Part shown: piece after piece, positions 9,759 to 18,906 of the stretch
Layout: each line of letters begins with the position of its first letter
Numbering within the stretch: the first letter of the stretch is position 1
DNA from: Actinomycetota bacterium
Lineage (GTDB): Bacteria > Actinomycetota > Acidimicrobiia > IMCC26256 > JACDBD01
Length of the DNA stretch: 64,000 nt
Assembly (NCBI GenBank): GCA_052390575.1
Contig: JBQTGU010000061.1
Span: forward strand, 48,025 to 112,024
Direction: 5' to 3'
Position numbers and translations under genes: made by a program
The notes under the pieces: generated by a model
Databases searched by the model: none
What the model was told of the DNA's origin: nothing
Seen by the model: only the letters and a program-made list of their open reading frames with translations

Positions 9759-11105
9759 GTGTCCCGACGCCTGTTCGCCCTCTGCATCCTCGTCGCCACC
9801 CTGGCCGTCCCGACTCGAGCGGCCGGAGGCCCGGCCGGAGCCGGCGCCCGCACTTCGCCGAACGTCACGGTGCTCGGCAACATCCCCGGCAGCTACGCCG
9901 GGATGGTGTTCTCGGGGCACTACGCGTTCGCCACCGGCTGGGCCACTGGGCTCAGCGTGTTCGACATCGCCAACCCGGCGGCACCAGTGCCGGTGGGTGC
10001 GCTCCCGCTCCCCCACTTCGAGAACGAGGACGTCGACCTGTGCGGCACGACGCTGCTCATCGCCAACGACCGGGCCACCCGGGACGTCGGCGGTGTCCTC
10101 CACATTGTCGACATCACGGTGCCGGCGACGCCCCGGCTCGTGACCAGCCTGCCGCTCGGCCTCACCCTGAGCGGGCGGGGCCCCGGCCACATCGCCAACT
10201 TCGTGACGCCCGACTGCACCCAGGCGTGGATCGACGGCGGCGACGACGTCGAGGTCATCGACCTCAGCGTCCCGGCCGCGCCGCGATCGCTGGGCTCCTT
10301 CAAGTCGCTGGCGTCGACCGGGCCCGATCCCGCCCAGCCCGCCGCGTTCAAGGTGACCCACGACACCGAGCCCGACGGCCGGGGAATGCTCTGGTCGGTC
10401 GGAGGCGGCGGCATCGCCGGGTACCAGCTCACCGCCGACCCGCTCGCGCCCGAGCTCGTCACCTCGTCCGGGCCCAAGGGCACCAACGTCGACTTCGACG
10501 AGGCCACCTCGCCCTTCAATGACTTCATCATGCACAACTCGCAGCGCTCGGGGAACACGCTGCTGGTGACGGAGGAGGACTACATCGACACCGAGGGCGG
10601 CGACAACACGCCCACGGGCTGCAACGGCCAAGGGAAGTTCGAGACCTGGACCACGCAGCGGGGTGTCGGCAGCATGCGCCCGCTCGACACCTGGCGCACC
10701 GAGCTGAACTCCTCCGACTCGAAGGCGCCGCTCACCGTCAACTGCTCGTCGCACTGGTTCGACACCCGCAGGAGCGTCGCCGCGGTCGGCTGGTACGAGC
10801 AGGGCGTGCGCTTCCTCGACACCCGCAACCCGCGCGACATCCGCCAGATCGGGTACTACCTGCCGCTCAACGGGTCGACCTGGGCCGCCTACTGGTCGCC
10901 GACCGCGTCCGACATCGTCTACACCGCCGACGTCTACCGCGGCATCGACATCCTGCGCGTCGACCGGGGCGGGCCGCCGGAGGGACCCACGGTCGTGGCT
11001 CCGATCCTGGACGAGTGGTTCGGGGCACCCGGCACGACATCGGGCGTCGCCGGCTTCGAGCCCTCGCCCACGTTCGGCTACTTCTGCGCCGTCCCTGCCC
11101 GTTAG
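9759..11105 (+). CDS. Secreted LVIVD-repeat-like beta-propeller protein
   Basis: Signal peptide after SD GGAGG and GTG; repeated LSVFDIANP / LHIVDITVP / VEVIDLSVP / VRFLDTRNP units. Confidence 0.75.
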   Translation: MSRRLFALCILVATLAVPTRAAGGPAGAGARTSPNVTVLGNIPGSYAGMVFSGHYAFATGWATGLSVFDIANPAAPVPVGALPLPHFENEDVDLCGTTLLIANDRATRDVGGVLHIVDITVPATPRLVTSLPLGLTLSGRGPGHIANFVTPDCTQAWIDGGDDVEVIDLSVPAAPRSLGSFKSLASTGPDPAQPAAFKVTHDTEPDGRGMLWSVGGGGIAGYQLTADPLAPELVTSSGPKGTNVDFDEATSPFNDFIMHNSQRSGNTLLVTEEDYIDTEGGDNTPTGCNGQGKFETWTTQRGVGSMRPLDTWRTELNSSDSKAPLTVNCSSHWFDTRRSVAAVGWYEQGVRFLDTRNPRDIRQIGYYLPLNGSTWAAYWSPTASDIVYTADVYRGIDILRVDRGGPPEGPTVVAPILDEWFGAPGTTSGVAGFEPSPTFGYFCAVPAR

Positions 11106-11110
11106 GCCTC

Positions 11111-11150
11111 GCTCGCTGCGGCGCAGGGTACCGGCGCCGCGGCCGCTCGC
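11111..11150. repeat. REP-like triloop hairpin, copy 1
   Basis: gctcgct-GCGGCGCAGG-GTA-CCGGCGCCGC-ggccgctcgc; near-identical to the 26.4 kb and 34.85 kb copies. Confidence 0.85.
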
Positions 11151-11195
11151 TCGGACGCCAAGTCGTACCGACTCACGCCGGGTATGCCACTTCCA

Positions 11196-11876
11196 TCACG
11201 CGTAGGCGCGGAGGATCGCCTCGCCCCACAGGACCGCGGTGAGCGTGCCGGCGGCGAGGAACGGGCCGAACGGCACCTGGTCTTTGCGGCCGCGTCGGCG
11301 CAGGACCATGAGCACGACGCCGACGACGGCCCCGTAGAGGAACGCCAGGAACAGTCCGAGCACGAGCTGGCCCCAGCCCAGCCAGCCCAGGGCCAGCCCC
11401 AGGACAAAGGACAACTTGACGTCGCCGAAGCCCATGCTCCGGGGCGACAGCACGTGCAGCACGAACATCGCCGCGAACCCGACCACGCCGCCCAGCAGCG
11501 AGCGGAGGAACGCACCACCGTCCCGGTCGCCGATGGCCCCGACGGCGAGGAGGACCGGGATCGCGATCGCGAGCGGATAGACGATCCGGTTGGGCAGGAT
11601 GAGATGCCGGAGATCGATCAACGACAGCGCGACCAGCGCGACCGCGAGCACGAGGAACGCCGGCAGCGCCCACGAGTCGTGCAGCCGCACCGCCACCCCA
11701 CCGAGCAGCGCGGCGCAGACCACGGCGAGCAGCGCGGCGCGGCGCGGGCGGAGCTGGTCGCGGACCCCAGGCGCGAGCACCGGAACTTTCTCGGGGACTC
11801 TGGTGACGGCGATGTCGACACCCAGCCCGGCCACGAGTCCGAGCACCGCGCTGGCGGCGACGACGGCCACCGTCAC
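11196..11876 (-). CDS. A24 family prepilin peptidase-like protein
   Basis: IDL.H.ILPN, MGFGDVKL and PFGPFL motifs; GTGA overlap with aroE. Confidence 0.9.
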   Translation of the reverse strand: MTVAVVAASAVLGLVAGLGVDIAVTRVPEKVPVLAPGVRDQLRPRRAALLAVVCAALLGGVAVRLHDSWALPAFLVLAVALVALSLIDLRHLILPNRIVYPLAIAIPVLLAVGAIGDRDGGAFLRSLLGGVVGFAAMFVLHVLSPRSMGFGDVKLSFVLGLALGWLGWGQLVLGLFLAFLYGAVVGVVLMVLRRRGRKDQVPFGPFLAAGTLTAVLWGEAILRAYA

Positions 11877-12682
11877 TGGTCGAGAGCGGCGGCCCGCATC
11901 ACGTCGAGCGGGGCGTCGCGGCCTGTCCAGAGCCGGAACGCCAGCGCCCCCTGGTGCACGAGCATGCTGATCCCGCCGGCGCACGCGACCCCCTGCTCGC
12001 GCGCGATCGCGAGCAGGGGCGTCTCGGCCGGGTAGACGGTGTCGTAGACGAACTGCCCGGGGCGGAGACGGCGGGCGTCGATCGGCGGTTCCTCGCCGTG
12101 CATGCCGAGCGGGGTCGCGTTGACCAGCACGTCCCACTCATCGACCACCGCCTCCCCCAACTCGACCGCGTTCCCGTCGGCGAGGGTGGCCGCCGCGCGG
12201 GCGACGTCCAGGCGGCGGGCGGCAACCGTGACCGACCCACCCGCTCCCCCGAGTGCGAGCGCGATCGCGCGCGCCGTCCCGCCGGCGCCCAGCACGAGCA
12301 CGCGAGCTCCCTTCACGTCGACACCCTCGTCAGCCAAGGCGCGGAGAAAGCCCTCGCCGTCGGTGTTGTGGCCCGCCAACGTGCCCGCGTCCGGATCGGC
12401 GACGACGGTGTTCACCGCGCCCAGGCTGGCGGCCTCCGCCGAGAGCTCGTCGCACGCGGTGGCGGCGTCCGCCTTGTGCGGCATCGTCACATTGAGGCCG
12501 GTGATCCCGAGATCGAGCATCGCCCGCACCGCCGCCCGCCCCTGACCGGCCGGCGCCGCGAAGGCGACGAACACCCAGTCGAGCCCGAGCGCGGCGAAGG
12601 CCGCGTTGTGCATCGCGGGCGAGCGGGAGTGCGCCACCGGGTCGCCGAGCAGGCCCACAACCCGGGTGGCACCCGTGATCAG
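11873..12682 (-). CDS. aroE: Shikimate dehydrogenase (probable CTG start)
   Basis: HSRSP.MHN, NVTMPHK, NTD, GAGG.A and NATPLG motifs; N-terminus ITGATRVVG lies upstream of the first GTG (12658). Confidence 0.9.
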   Translation of the reverse strand: MITGATRVVGLLGDPVAHSRSPAMHNAAFAALGLDWVFVAFAAPAGQGRAAVRAMLDLGITGLNVTMPHKADAATACDELSAEAASLGAVNTVVADPDAGTLAGHNTDGEGFLRALADEGVDVKGARVLVLGAGGTARAIALALGGAGGSVTVAARRLDVARAAATLADGNAVELGEAVVDEWDVLVNATPLGMHGEEPPIDARRLRPGQFVYDTVYPAETPLLAIAREQGVACAGGISMLVHQGALAFRLWTGRDAPLDVMRAAALDQ

Positions 12683-14154
12683 AGCAGCCCCTTCTCCCGC
12701 GCCGCCTGCACGTTGGCTTCGTGCTGCTCCGCGGTCTCGGCGAAGGCGTGCTTCCCGCTGGCGTCGCTGAGGACGTAGAACTTGAACGTCACCGCCGCCG
12801 GCGCCACCGCCGCCCGCAGGGACGCCTCGCCCACGCTCGAGATCGGACCCGGCGGGAGGGCGGCGACCTTGTAGGTGTTGTACGGCGAGTCGAGCTCCTT
12901 GTCGGCGTTGCTCAGCGGCTCAGTGCACCCACCCTTGATGTAGCAGAGGGTGGCGTCGATCTGGAGCGGCATTCCGTCACGCAGTCGGTTGAAGACGACC
13001 GCGGAGATAAGGGGACGGTCCTCCTCGACCCCGGCCTCCCGTTCGATCAACGACCCGATCACGATCGCCTCGTAGGGCGTGCGGCCGATGGCGGCGGCAC
13101 CGGCGGCGACGCCGGCGGCATCGGCTTTCTGGTCGAAGGTGTCGACCAGCTTGCGCAGGATGGCCTCCTCGTCCTCGGCCTTGGCAACCAGATAGGTGTC
13201 GGGGAACAGCAGGCCCTCGAGCGAGGTGACCTCGGCAGGCTGGTACCGCGAGCGCACGACCCCCGAGTTCGCCACCTCGAGGAACTTCGCCGCGGTTCGG
13301 TCGGGCAGCTGCTCCTCCACCTTCTGGGCGATCTGCTGGAGCGTCAGTCCCGGGGGCAGCGTCAGCTCGATGTCCGTGCTGCCCTGCTGCGGGCCGACCT
13401 CGAGCTTGGAGACCGCGTCGCGGACACCGAGGTTCTCGCGCAGCTGGTAGGGCCCGGGCTGGAACGGACCGGCGCCGCGGACCTTGGCGTAGAGCTGGAA
13501 CGCCAGCGACGACCCGACGACACCCTTGCGCTCGAGCACGTCGCCGATCTCGGAGACGCCCCAGCCCTTCTTGATCTGGACCTGGACGGTCTTGCCCGGG
13601 CCGCCGGGCGGGTTCAGCTGGTACACGAACCAGCCGCCCACGAGGAAGAAGGGCACGACGACGAGGCTGACGATGCCGAGGGCGGCGAAGTTGCGGCGAC
13701 GCCGGCGCTTGCGATCGGCCCGGTCGGTTCGCGCCGCCCGCCTCGCCGCCCGGGACTCGTCGTCGCCGCCGTCGACCTCGTCGTCGAGGTATTCGTCGGC
13801 GTCCTCCGTCCGCAGGTCGGGCTCGGCCGGCGGCCGCGGCCGACGTTCGGGTGGGCGCGTCGTCGTCGTGCGCTGGCGGGTGGGCGCGTCCGCACCGGGC
13901 GGCGGCGCGGCCTGGCGCGGCGGCGGCTTCGCCGCCTTGCGGGACGGGGCCTCCCGGCGTCCGCGACCATCCGGGGCCGGGGGCCGTCGTTCGGGCCTGC
14001 CTCGACCCGGCGCCGGCCGCCGCTCGCGCGGAGACGGACTGCGCTCACGGGGCGGGGGCCGCCGATCGGGCGTCGGGGGACGAGGGGGCGACGCGCCCGC
14101 ATTGACCCAATCGGGCGGGTCGAGGTCGTCGTCGGGGACCCAGCGGTCGGTCAT
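12679..14154 (-). CDS. mltG: Endolytic transglycosylase with long low-complexity N-terminus
   Basis: LEGLLFPDTY, SLIERE, NRL..GMPLQID and SPYNTY...LPPGPI motifs; follows ruvX. Confidence 0.93.
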   Translation of the reverse strand: MTDRWVPDDDLDPPDWVNAGASPPRPPTPDRRPPPRERSPSPRERRPAPGRGRPERRPPAPDGRGRREAPSRKAAKPPPRQAAPPPGADAPTRQRTTTTRPPERRPRPPAEPDLRTEDADEYLDDEVDGGDDESRAARRAARTDRADRKRRRRRNFAALGIVSLVVVPFFLVGGWFVYQLNPPGGPGKTVQVQIKKGWGVSEIGDVLERKGVVGSSLAFQLYAKVRGAGPFQPGPYQLRENLGVRDAVSKLEVGPQQGSTDIELTLPPGLTLQQIAQKVEEQLPDRTAAKFLEVANSGVVRSRYQPAEVTSLEGLLFPDTYLVAKAEDEEAILRKLVDTFDQKADAAGVAAGAAAIGRTPYEAIVIGSLIEREAGVEEDRPLISAVVFNRLRDGMPLQIDATLCYIKGGCTEPLSNADKELDSPYNTYKVAALPPGPISSVGEASLRAAVAPAAVTFKFYVLSDASGKHAFAETAEQHEANVQAAREKGLL

Positions 14155-14579
14155 CCCGGCGCCGCCCCGTCGAGGTACGACTGCAGCATCACCGCGGCGG
14201 CGGTCTCGTCGACGACCGCGCGGCGCCGGCGGGGCCGCACGCCCGCCTCGCGCAGGCGCTGCTCGGCGGTCACGGTGGTCAGGCGCTCGTCGTGGGTCTC
14301 CACCCTCATTCCTTCACCAGCCTCCGCCCGGATCGCCTCGACCTCCTCGAGGACCGCCCGGGCGGCCGGACCAGCCTCGCCCGAGAGCGACAGGGGCAGG
14401 CCCACCACGATGCGGTCGGCGCCAGCTTCGCGCGCTTCCGCCAGGATCGTCCGGTGGTCGGCGGCCGGATCGCCGCTGCGGGCGAGGACGCTCCGTGGGG
14501 TGGCCAGCTTCCCGCCCGGGTCCGAGACGGCCAGGCCGATGCGGCGCGACCCCAGATCGACGCCCAGGACCCGTCCCAT
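14151..14579 (-). CDS. ruvX: YqgF/RuvX family nuclease
   Basis: GVDLGSRRIGLA, VVGLP and DERLTT motifs. Confidence 0.95.
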   Translation of the reverse strand: MGRVLGVDLGSRRIGLAVSDPGGKLATPRSVLARSGDPAADHRTILAEAREAGADRIVVGLPLSLSGEAGPAARAVLEEVEAIRAEAGEGMRVETHDERLTTVTAEQRLREAGVRPRRRRAVVDETAAAVMLQSYLDGAAPG

Positions 14580-14593
14580 GGGCTGGCGGAGGC

Positions 14594-17239
14594 TCAGTCG
14601 GCCGCGCCCGCCAGGGCGTCGGTGGCCTCCTTGCGGGCCAGGGCGAGGGCCTCGTCGACGGCCGTGACCGTCTTCCCGCCCCCCTGCACGAGCTCCGGGT
14701 TCTTGGCCGTGCCCCCGCCGAGGGCCTTGGCCGCGGGCGCGGCGATCTCGGCCGCCGAGATACCTCGGGCGACCAGGTCCTTCGTCACCGCCACCACGAT
14801 GCCGGCGCTGTCGCCGTTGGGCCCCACACCGACGAGCGCGACCACCCCCGAGCCGAGCGCGTCGCGGATCGCCGCCGCCAGCCGCTTGAGCTGGTCGGGG
14901 CTCAGACCGTCACGGCGCACCGCGACGACCCCGTCCACCGCTTCACCTGCGAGCGACGCGGCCTCGGCGACCGCTTCCCGACCCCGGGTCTGCTCGAGCT
15001 CGGCGTTCAGCGACTTCACCTGGTCGAGGAGTCGCTCGATCCGGTCGGGCACCTCGGCGGCACCGACCTTCAGGAGCTCACTCGCCCGCCGGAGTTGGAG
15101 CTCTTCCTCGTGGATGCGGGCGAGGGCGGCGTCGCCGGTCACGGCCTCGATGCGACGGAGGTTCGAGCCGATGGACCCCTCGCTCACGATCTTGATCGGC
15201 CCGATGAACCCCAGCGCGTGGACGTGGGTACCGCCGCAGAGCTCGACCGAGTGTTCCCCCGCCTCGAGCACGCGTACGAGGTCGCCGTACTTCTCGCCGA
15301 AGAACGCGATCGCCCCCAGGCTCTCGGCGTGCTCCCGGGTGGTCTCGTAGTGGCGGACGGGCGCGTCGGTGATGATCTGCTCGTTGGCGAGCTCCTCGAT
15401 CCGGTCGAGCTGCTCGGGCGTGACCGCCTCGTGATGGCTGAAGTCGAACCGCAACCGGTCGGGCGCGACCAGCGAACCGGACTGCTTCACGTGGGGGCCG
15501 AGCACCTCGCGCAACGCCCAGTGCAGAACGTGGGTGGCGGTGTGGTTGCGCCGGATGCGGTCGCGGCGCTCGCCGTCGATGGTGGCGGTGACCTCGTCGC
15601 CTTCGCTGATGTCGCCCCGCACGACCTCGGCGCGGTGGAGCACGAGGTCGGGCAGGCCGTACTGGGTGTCGGTGACCCGCAGCTCGGCGCCGGCCCCCGT
15701 GCTGATCCTCCCGGTGTCGCCGACCTGGCCACCGGCCTCGGCGTAGAACGGGGTGCGGTCGAGCACGACGTCGACCGCATCACCCTCGCCCGCCCGGGCG
15801 ACCCGGGCACCGCCGGCGAAGAGCGCGAGCACGCGCGCGCCCACCGTCTTGTACTCCTGGCGGCCGGTGAACTCGGTTGGCCCGAACTGGTCGATCAGCT
15901 CGCGGTAGAGGCCGGCCTTCGCGTCATCGCTACCCGCCCCAGCTTCACGATGCGCCTGCTGGGCCCGGGCGCGCTGCTCGGCCCTCGCCGCTTGAAAACC
16001 GTCGAGGTCGACGGTGCGGCCCCGCTCCTCGGCGATCTCGCGGGTCAGGTCGATCGGGAACCCGAGCGTGTCGTGGAGGAAGAAGGCGTCCGGGCCGGTC
16101 ACGTCACCGGTCTGGAGCTTCTCGTCCAGCAGCTCGACGCCTCGCCGCAGCGTCTCCCGGAACCGCTCCTCCTCGCGCGAGACGGTCGCGATCACGATGT
16201 CGCGCCCCTTGACCAGCTCGGGATAGGCGTCACCCATGACATCGATGGTCGCCTCGGCGAGCGCGGGCGTCACCATCCCCTCGGCTCCGAGGCGGTAGCC
16301 GTGGCGCACCGCCCGCCGGATGATGCGCCGGAGCACGTACCCGCGCTCCTCGTTGGAGGGCACGACGCCGTCACTGACCAGGAAGGACATCGTCCGGCCG
16401 TGGTCGGCGAGGATCCGCAGCGAGACGTCGTCCTCGCGGTCACCGCCGTAGCGGGTGCCGGTGGTGCGCTCGGCGGTCTCGATGAGCGGCCGGAACAGGT
16501 CGATCTCCCAGATCGAGGTGTGGCCCTGGAGGAGCATGAGCGTGCGCTCGAGCCCGACGCCGCAGTCGACGCTGGGCGCGGGGAGGTCGACCCGGGTGCC
16601 GTCGGGCTGCTGGTCGTACTGCATGAAGACGGTGTTCCAGAACTCGAAGAACCGGTCCTCGCCGCCGTGGGCGGGACCGCCGTCGGGCCCGAACTCCGGG
16701 CCGAGGTCGTAGAAGATCTCTGACGACGGCCCGCACGGCCCGGTGTCGGCCATGCGCCAGAAGTTGTCGTCGGCCAGCCGCTGGATGCGCTCGGCGGACA
16801 TACCTACGGCGTCGCGCCAAATCCGCTCGGCGTCGTCGTCCGACTCGTGCACGGTGACCCAGAGCCGATCGGGGTCGAGACGGAAACCCTCGGTTACGAG
16901 CTCCCACGCCCACGGGATCGCCTCGGCCTTGAAGTAGTCGCCGAAGCTGAAGTGGCCGAGCATCTCGAAGAAGCTGATGTGGCGGTTGGTGCGACCGATG
17001 TCGTCGAGGTCGTTGTGCTTGCCCCCGGCCCGGACGCACTTCTGCACCGAGGTCGCCCGCTTGTACGGAGGCGTCTCCTCGCCGACGAAGTAGGGCTTGA
17101 ACGGCACCATCCCCGCCACCGTGAACAGCAGGGTGCGGTCGTGCGGGATCAGGCTCGCCGATCGCACCACGGTGTGGTCGCGCGACTGGAAGAACTCGAG
17201 GAAGGCGCGTCGGAGCTGGTCGGCGGTAGACGGCGGCAT
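14594..17239 (-). CDS. alaS: Alanine--tRNA ligase
   Basis: AGMVPFK, FFEMLGHFSFGDYFK, NHTATH and ELCGGTH motifs; -10 TAGCCT 7 nt before ATG. Confidence 0.98.
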   Translation of the reverse strand: MPPSTADQLRRAFLEFFQSRDHTVVRSASLIPHDRTLLFTVAGMVPFKPYFVGEETPPYKRATSVQKCVRAGGKHNDLDDIGRTNRHISFFEMLGHFSFGDYFKAEAIPWAWELVTEGFRLDPDRLWVTVHESDDDAERIWRDAVGMSAERIQRLADDNFWRMADTGPCGPSSEIFYDLGPEFGPDGGPAHGGEDRFFEFWNTVFMQYDQQPDGTRVDLPAPSVDCGVGLERTLMLLQGHTSIWEIDLFRPLIETAERTTGTRYGGDREDDVSLRILADHGRTMSFLVSDGVVPSNEERGYVLRRIIRRAVRHGYRLGAEGMVTPALAEATIDVMGDAYPELVKGRDIVIATVSREEERFRETLRRGVELLDEKLQTGDVTGPDAFFLHDTLGFPIDLTREIAEERGRTVDLDGFQAARAEQRARAQQAHREAGAGSDDAKAGLYRELIDQFGPTEFTGRQEYKTVGARVLALFAGGARVARAGEGDAVDVVLDRTPFYAEAGGQVGDTGRISTGAGAELRVTDTQYGLPDLVLHRAEVVRGDISEGDEVTATIDGERRDRIRRNHTATHVLHWALREVLGPHVKQSGSLVAPDRLRFDFSHHEAVTPEQLDRIEELANEQIITDAPVRHYETTREHAESLGAIAFFGEKYGDLVRVLEAGEHSVELCGGTHVHALGFIGPIKIVSEGSIGSNLRRIEAVTGDAALARIHEEELQLRRASELLKVGAAEVPDRIERLLDQVKSLNAELEQTRGREAVAEAASLAGEAVDGVVAVRRDGLSPDQLKRLAAAIRDALGSGVVALVGVGPNGDSAGIVVAVTKDLVARGISAAEIAAPAAKALGGGTAKNPELVQGGGKTVTAVDEALALARKEATDALAGAAD

Positions 17240-17270
17240 CGAGTCCAGGCTACCGCCGGGTGGTGCCGGA

Positions 17271-17474
17271 TCAGCTCACGCTTCGGAGCGGCCGGGTGCG
17301 CGCGTGGATCTCGCGGGCGCGTTGCTCCAACGCCGCGTTGAGGGCGCGTAGGCGCTCCGCCGCCGGTGCGGGTAGGTAGCGCTCGACCGTGTTCCGGACC
17401 GCCCGCGTCAACCGCAACATGAAGAGGACCCCGAGCCCGAACCCCACCGTCAGCCAGAACAGCCGCTTGATCAC
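17271..17474 (-). CDS. Small membrane-anchored hypothetical protein
   Basis: MIKRLFWLTVGFGLG N-terminus resembles the small gene commonly found before alaS in actinobacteria. Confidence 0.7.
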   Translation of the reverse strand: MIKRLFWLTVGFGLGVLFMLRLTRAVRNTVERYLPAPAAERLRALNAALEQRAREIHARTRPLRSVS

Positions 17475-17478
17475 GTGC

Positions 17479-18837
17479 TCACTCCTGCTCGCGTCGCTCG
17501 CCCTGCTCGTTCTGCTCGCCCTGGACCCGTGACCGGCGCCGCTCGAGCAGCTCGGCGACCCCGGCCTCGGCACCCTGCGCGCTCGGTTGGTAGTAGCTGC
17601 GCCCCGCCACCTCGTCGGGCCGGTACTCCTGGGGGACCCAGCCGGCCGGCGCGTCGTGCGGGTACACGTAGCCCTCCCCGTGCCCGAGCTTGCGGGCGCC
17701 AGGGTAATGGGAGTCGCGCAGGTGGACGGGGACCGCGCCCGCGGGCTGGTCGCGGACGTCTTCGAACGCCGACCCGAGCCCGGCCACGACCGAGTTCGAC
17801 TTGGGGCTGAGCGCCAAGTGGATGACGGCCTGGGCGAGGTTGAGCCCGGCTTCGGGCATGCCCACGAACTCGACCGCCCGGGCCGCCGCGTCCGCCACTA
17901 GCAGCGCCTGGGGATCGGCCATCCCGACGTCCTCGGAGGCCAGGATCACCAGTCGCCGGGCGACCAGGCGGGGGTCCTCGCCCGCCTCGAGCATGCGGGC
18001 GAGCCAGTACAGCCCGGCGTCGGGATCGGAGCCGCGGATGCTCTTGATGAAGGCCGACAGCACGTCGTAGTGCTCGTCGTCGCCGTAGCGCAGCGCCCGC
18101 ATGGCGAGGGCGGCCTCGGCGTCGGCGAGGGTGATGCGGTCGCGCCCGGCCTCGGCGGCGAGGCCGTGGGCGACTTCGAGCGACGTGAGCGCATGGCGGG
18201 CGTCGCCCTCGGACCGGTCGACGAGGTGCTCGAGCGCGTCGGGATCGATCTCGAGGCGCTCGTCGCCGAGCCCCCGGTCGGTGTCCTCGAGCGCGAGCAC
18301 GATCAGGCCACGGATGTCGTCGACGGTCAGCGGTTCGAGGCGGAACAACGAGGACCGCGAGAGCAGCGGCGCGGTGAGCGAGAAGAACGGGTTCTCCGTC
18401 GTCGCGCCGATAAGGACGAGCAGGCCCTCCTCGACGTGCGGCAGGAGCGCGTCCTGCTGGGTCTTGTTGAACCGGTGGACCTCGTCGAGGAACAGGATCG
18501 TGCCCTGCCCGTGCTCGCCGAGGCGGCCACGGGCCCGCTCGACGATCTCGCGCACGTCCTTGACGCCGGCCGAGACCGCCGAGAGCGGCTCGAACGCCTT
18601 GGCCGTGACGCCCGCGATCAGCCGGGCGATGGTCGTCTTGCCCGTGCCCGGCGGGCCCCAGAGGATGACCGACGACAGGCGGTCGGACTCGATCAGCACC
18701 CGGAGTGGCCGTCCCTTGCCGAGCAGGTGCTCCTGCCCGACGACTTCGTCGAGCGAGCGCGGTCGGATCCGCGCCGCCAGCGGCGCCCGCCGCCGGAGCC
18801 GCTCCTCGAGCGCGCTGGCAAACAGGTCGTCGGGCAT
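17479..18837 (-). CDS. rarA: Replication-associated recombination protein A (AAA+)
   Basis: PLAARIRP, GPPGTGKT, DEVHRF and SAFIKSIRGSD motifs. Confidence 0.96.
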   Translation of the reverse strand: MPDDLFASALEERLRRRAPLAARIRPRSLDEVVGQEHLLGKGRPLRVLIESDRLSSVILWGPPGTGKTTIARLIAGVTAKAFEPLSAVSAGVKDVREIVERARGRLGEHGQGTILFLDEVHRFNKTQQDALLPHVEEGLLVLIGATTENPFFSLTAPLLSRSSLFRLEPLTVDDIRGLIVLALEDTDRGLGDERLEIDPDALEHLVDRSEGDARHALTSLEVAHGLAAEAGRDRITLADAEAALAMRALRYGDDEHYDVLSAFIKSIRGSDPDAGLYWLARMLEAGEDPRLVARRLVILASEDVGMADPQALLVADAAARAVEFVGMPEAGLNLAQAVIHLALSPKSNSVVAGLGSAFEDVRDQPAGAVPVHLRDSHYPGARKLGHGEGYVYPHDAPAGWVPQEYRPDEVAGRSYYQPSAQGAEAGVAELLERRRSRVQGEQNEQGERREQE

Positions 18838-18862
18838 CAACTCAGCCTTCCACTCCGGGCCC

Positions 18863-18906
18863 GTTGTCACACGATGTGCGGTTAGGACGCCCGGTCACGT
18901 GACAAC
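18863..18906. repeat. 44-bp palindromic element, left
   Basis: GTTGTCAC-N28-GTGACAAC; contains the DUF559 gene stop codon. Confidence 0.85.
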
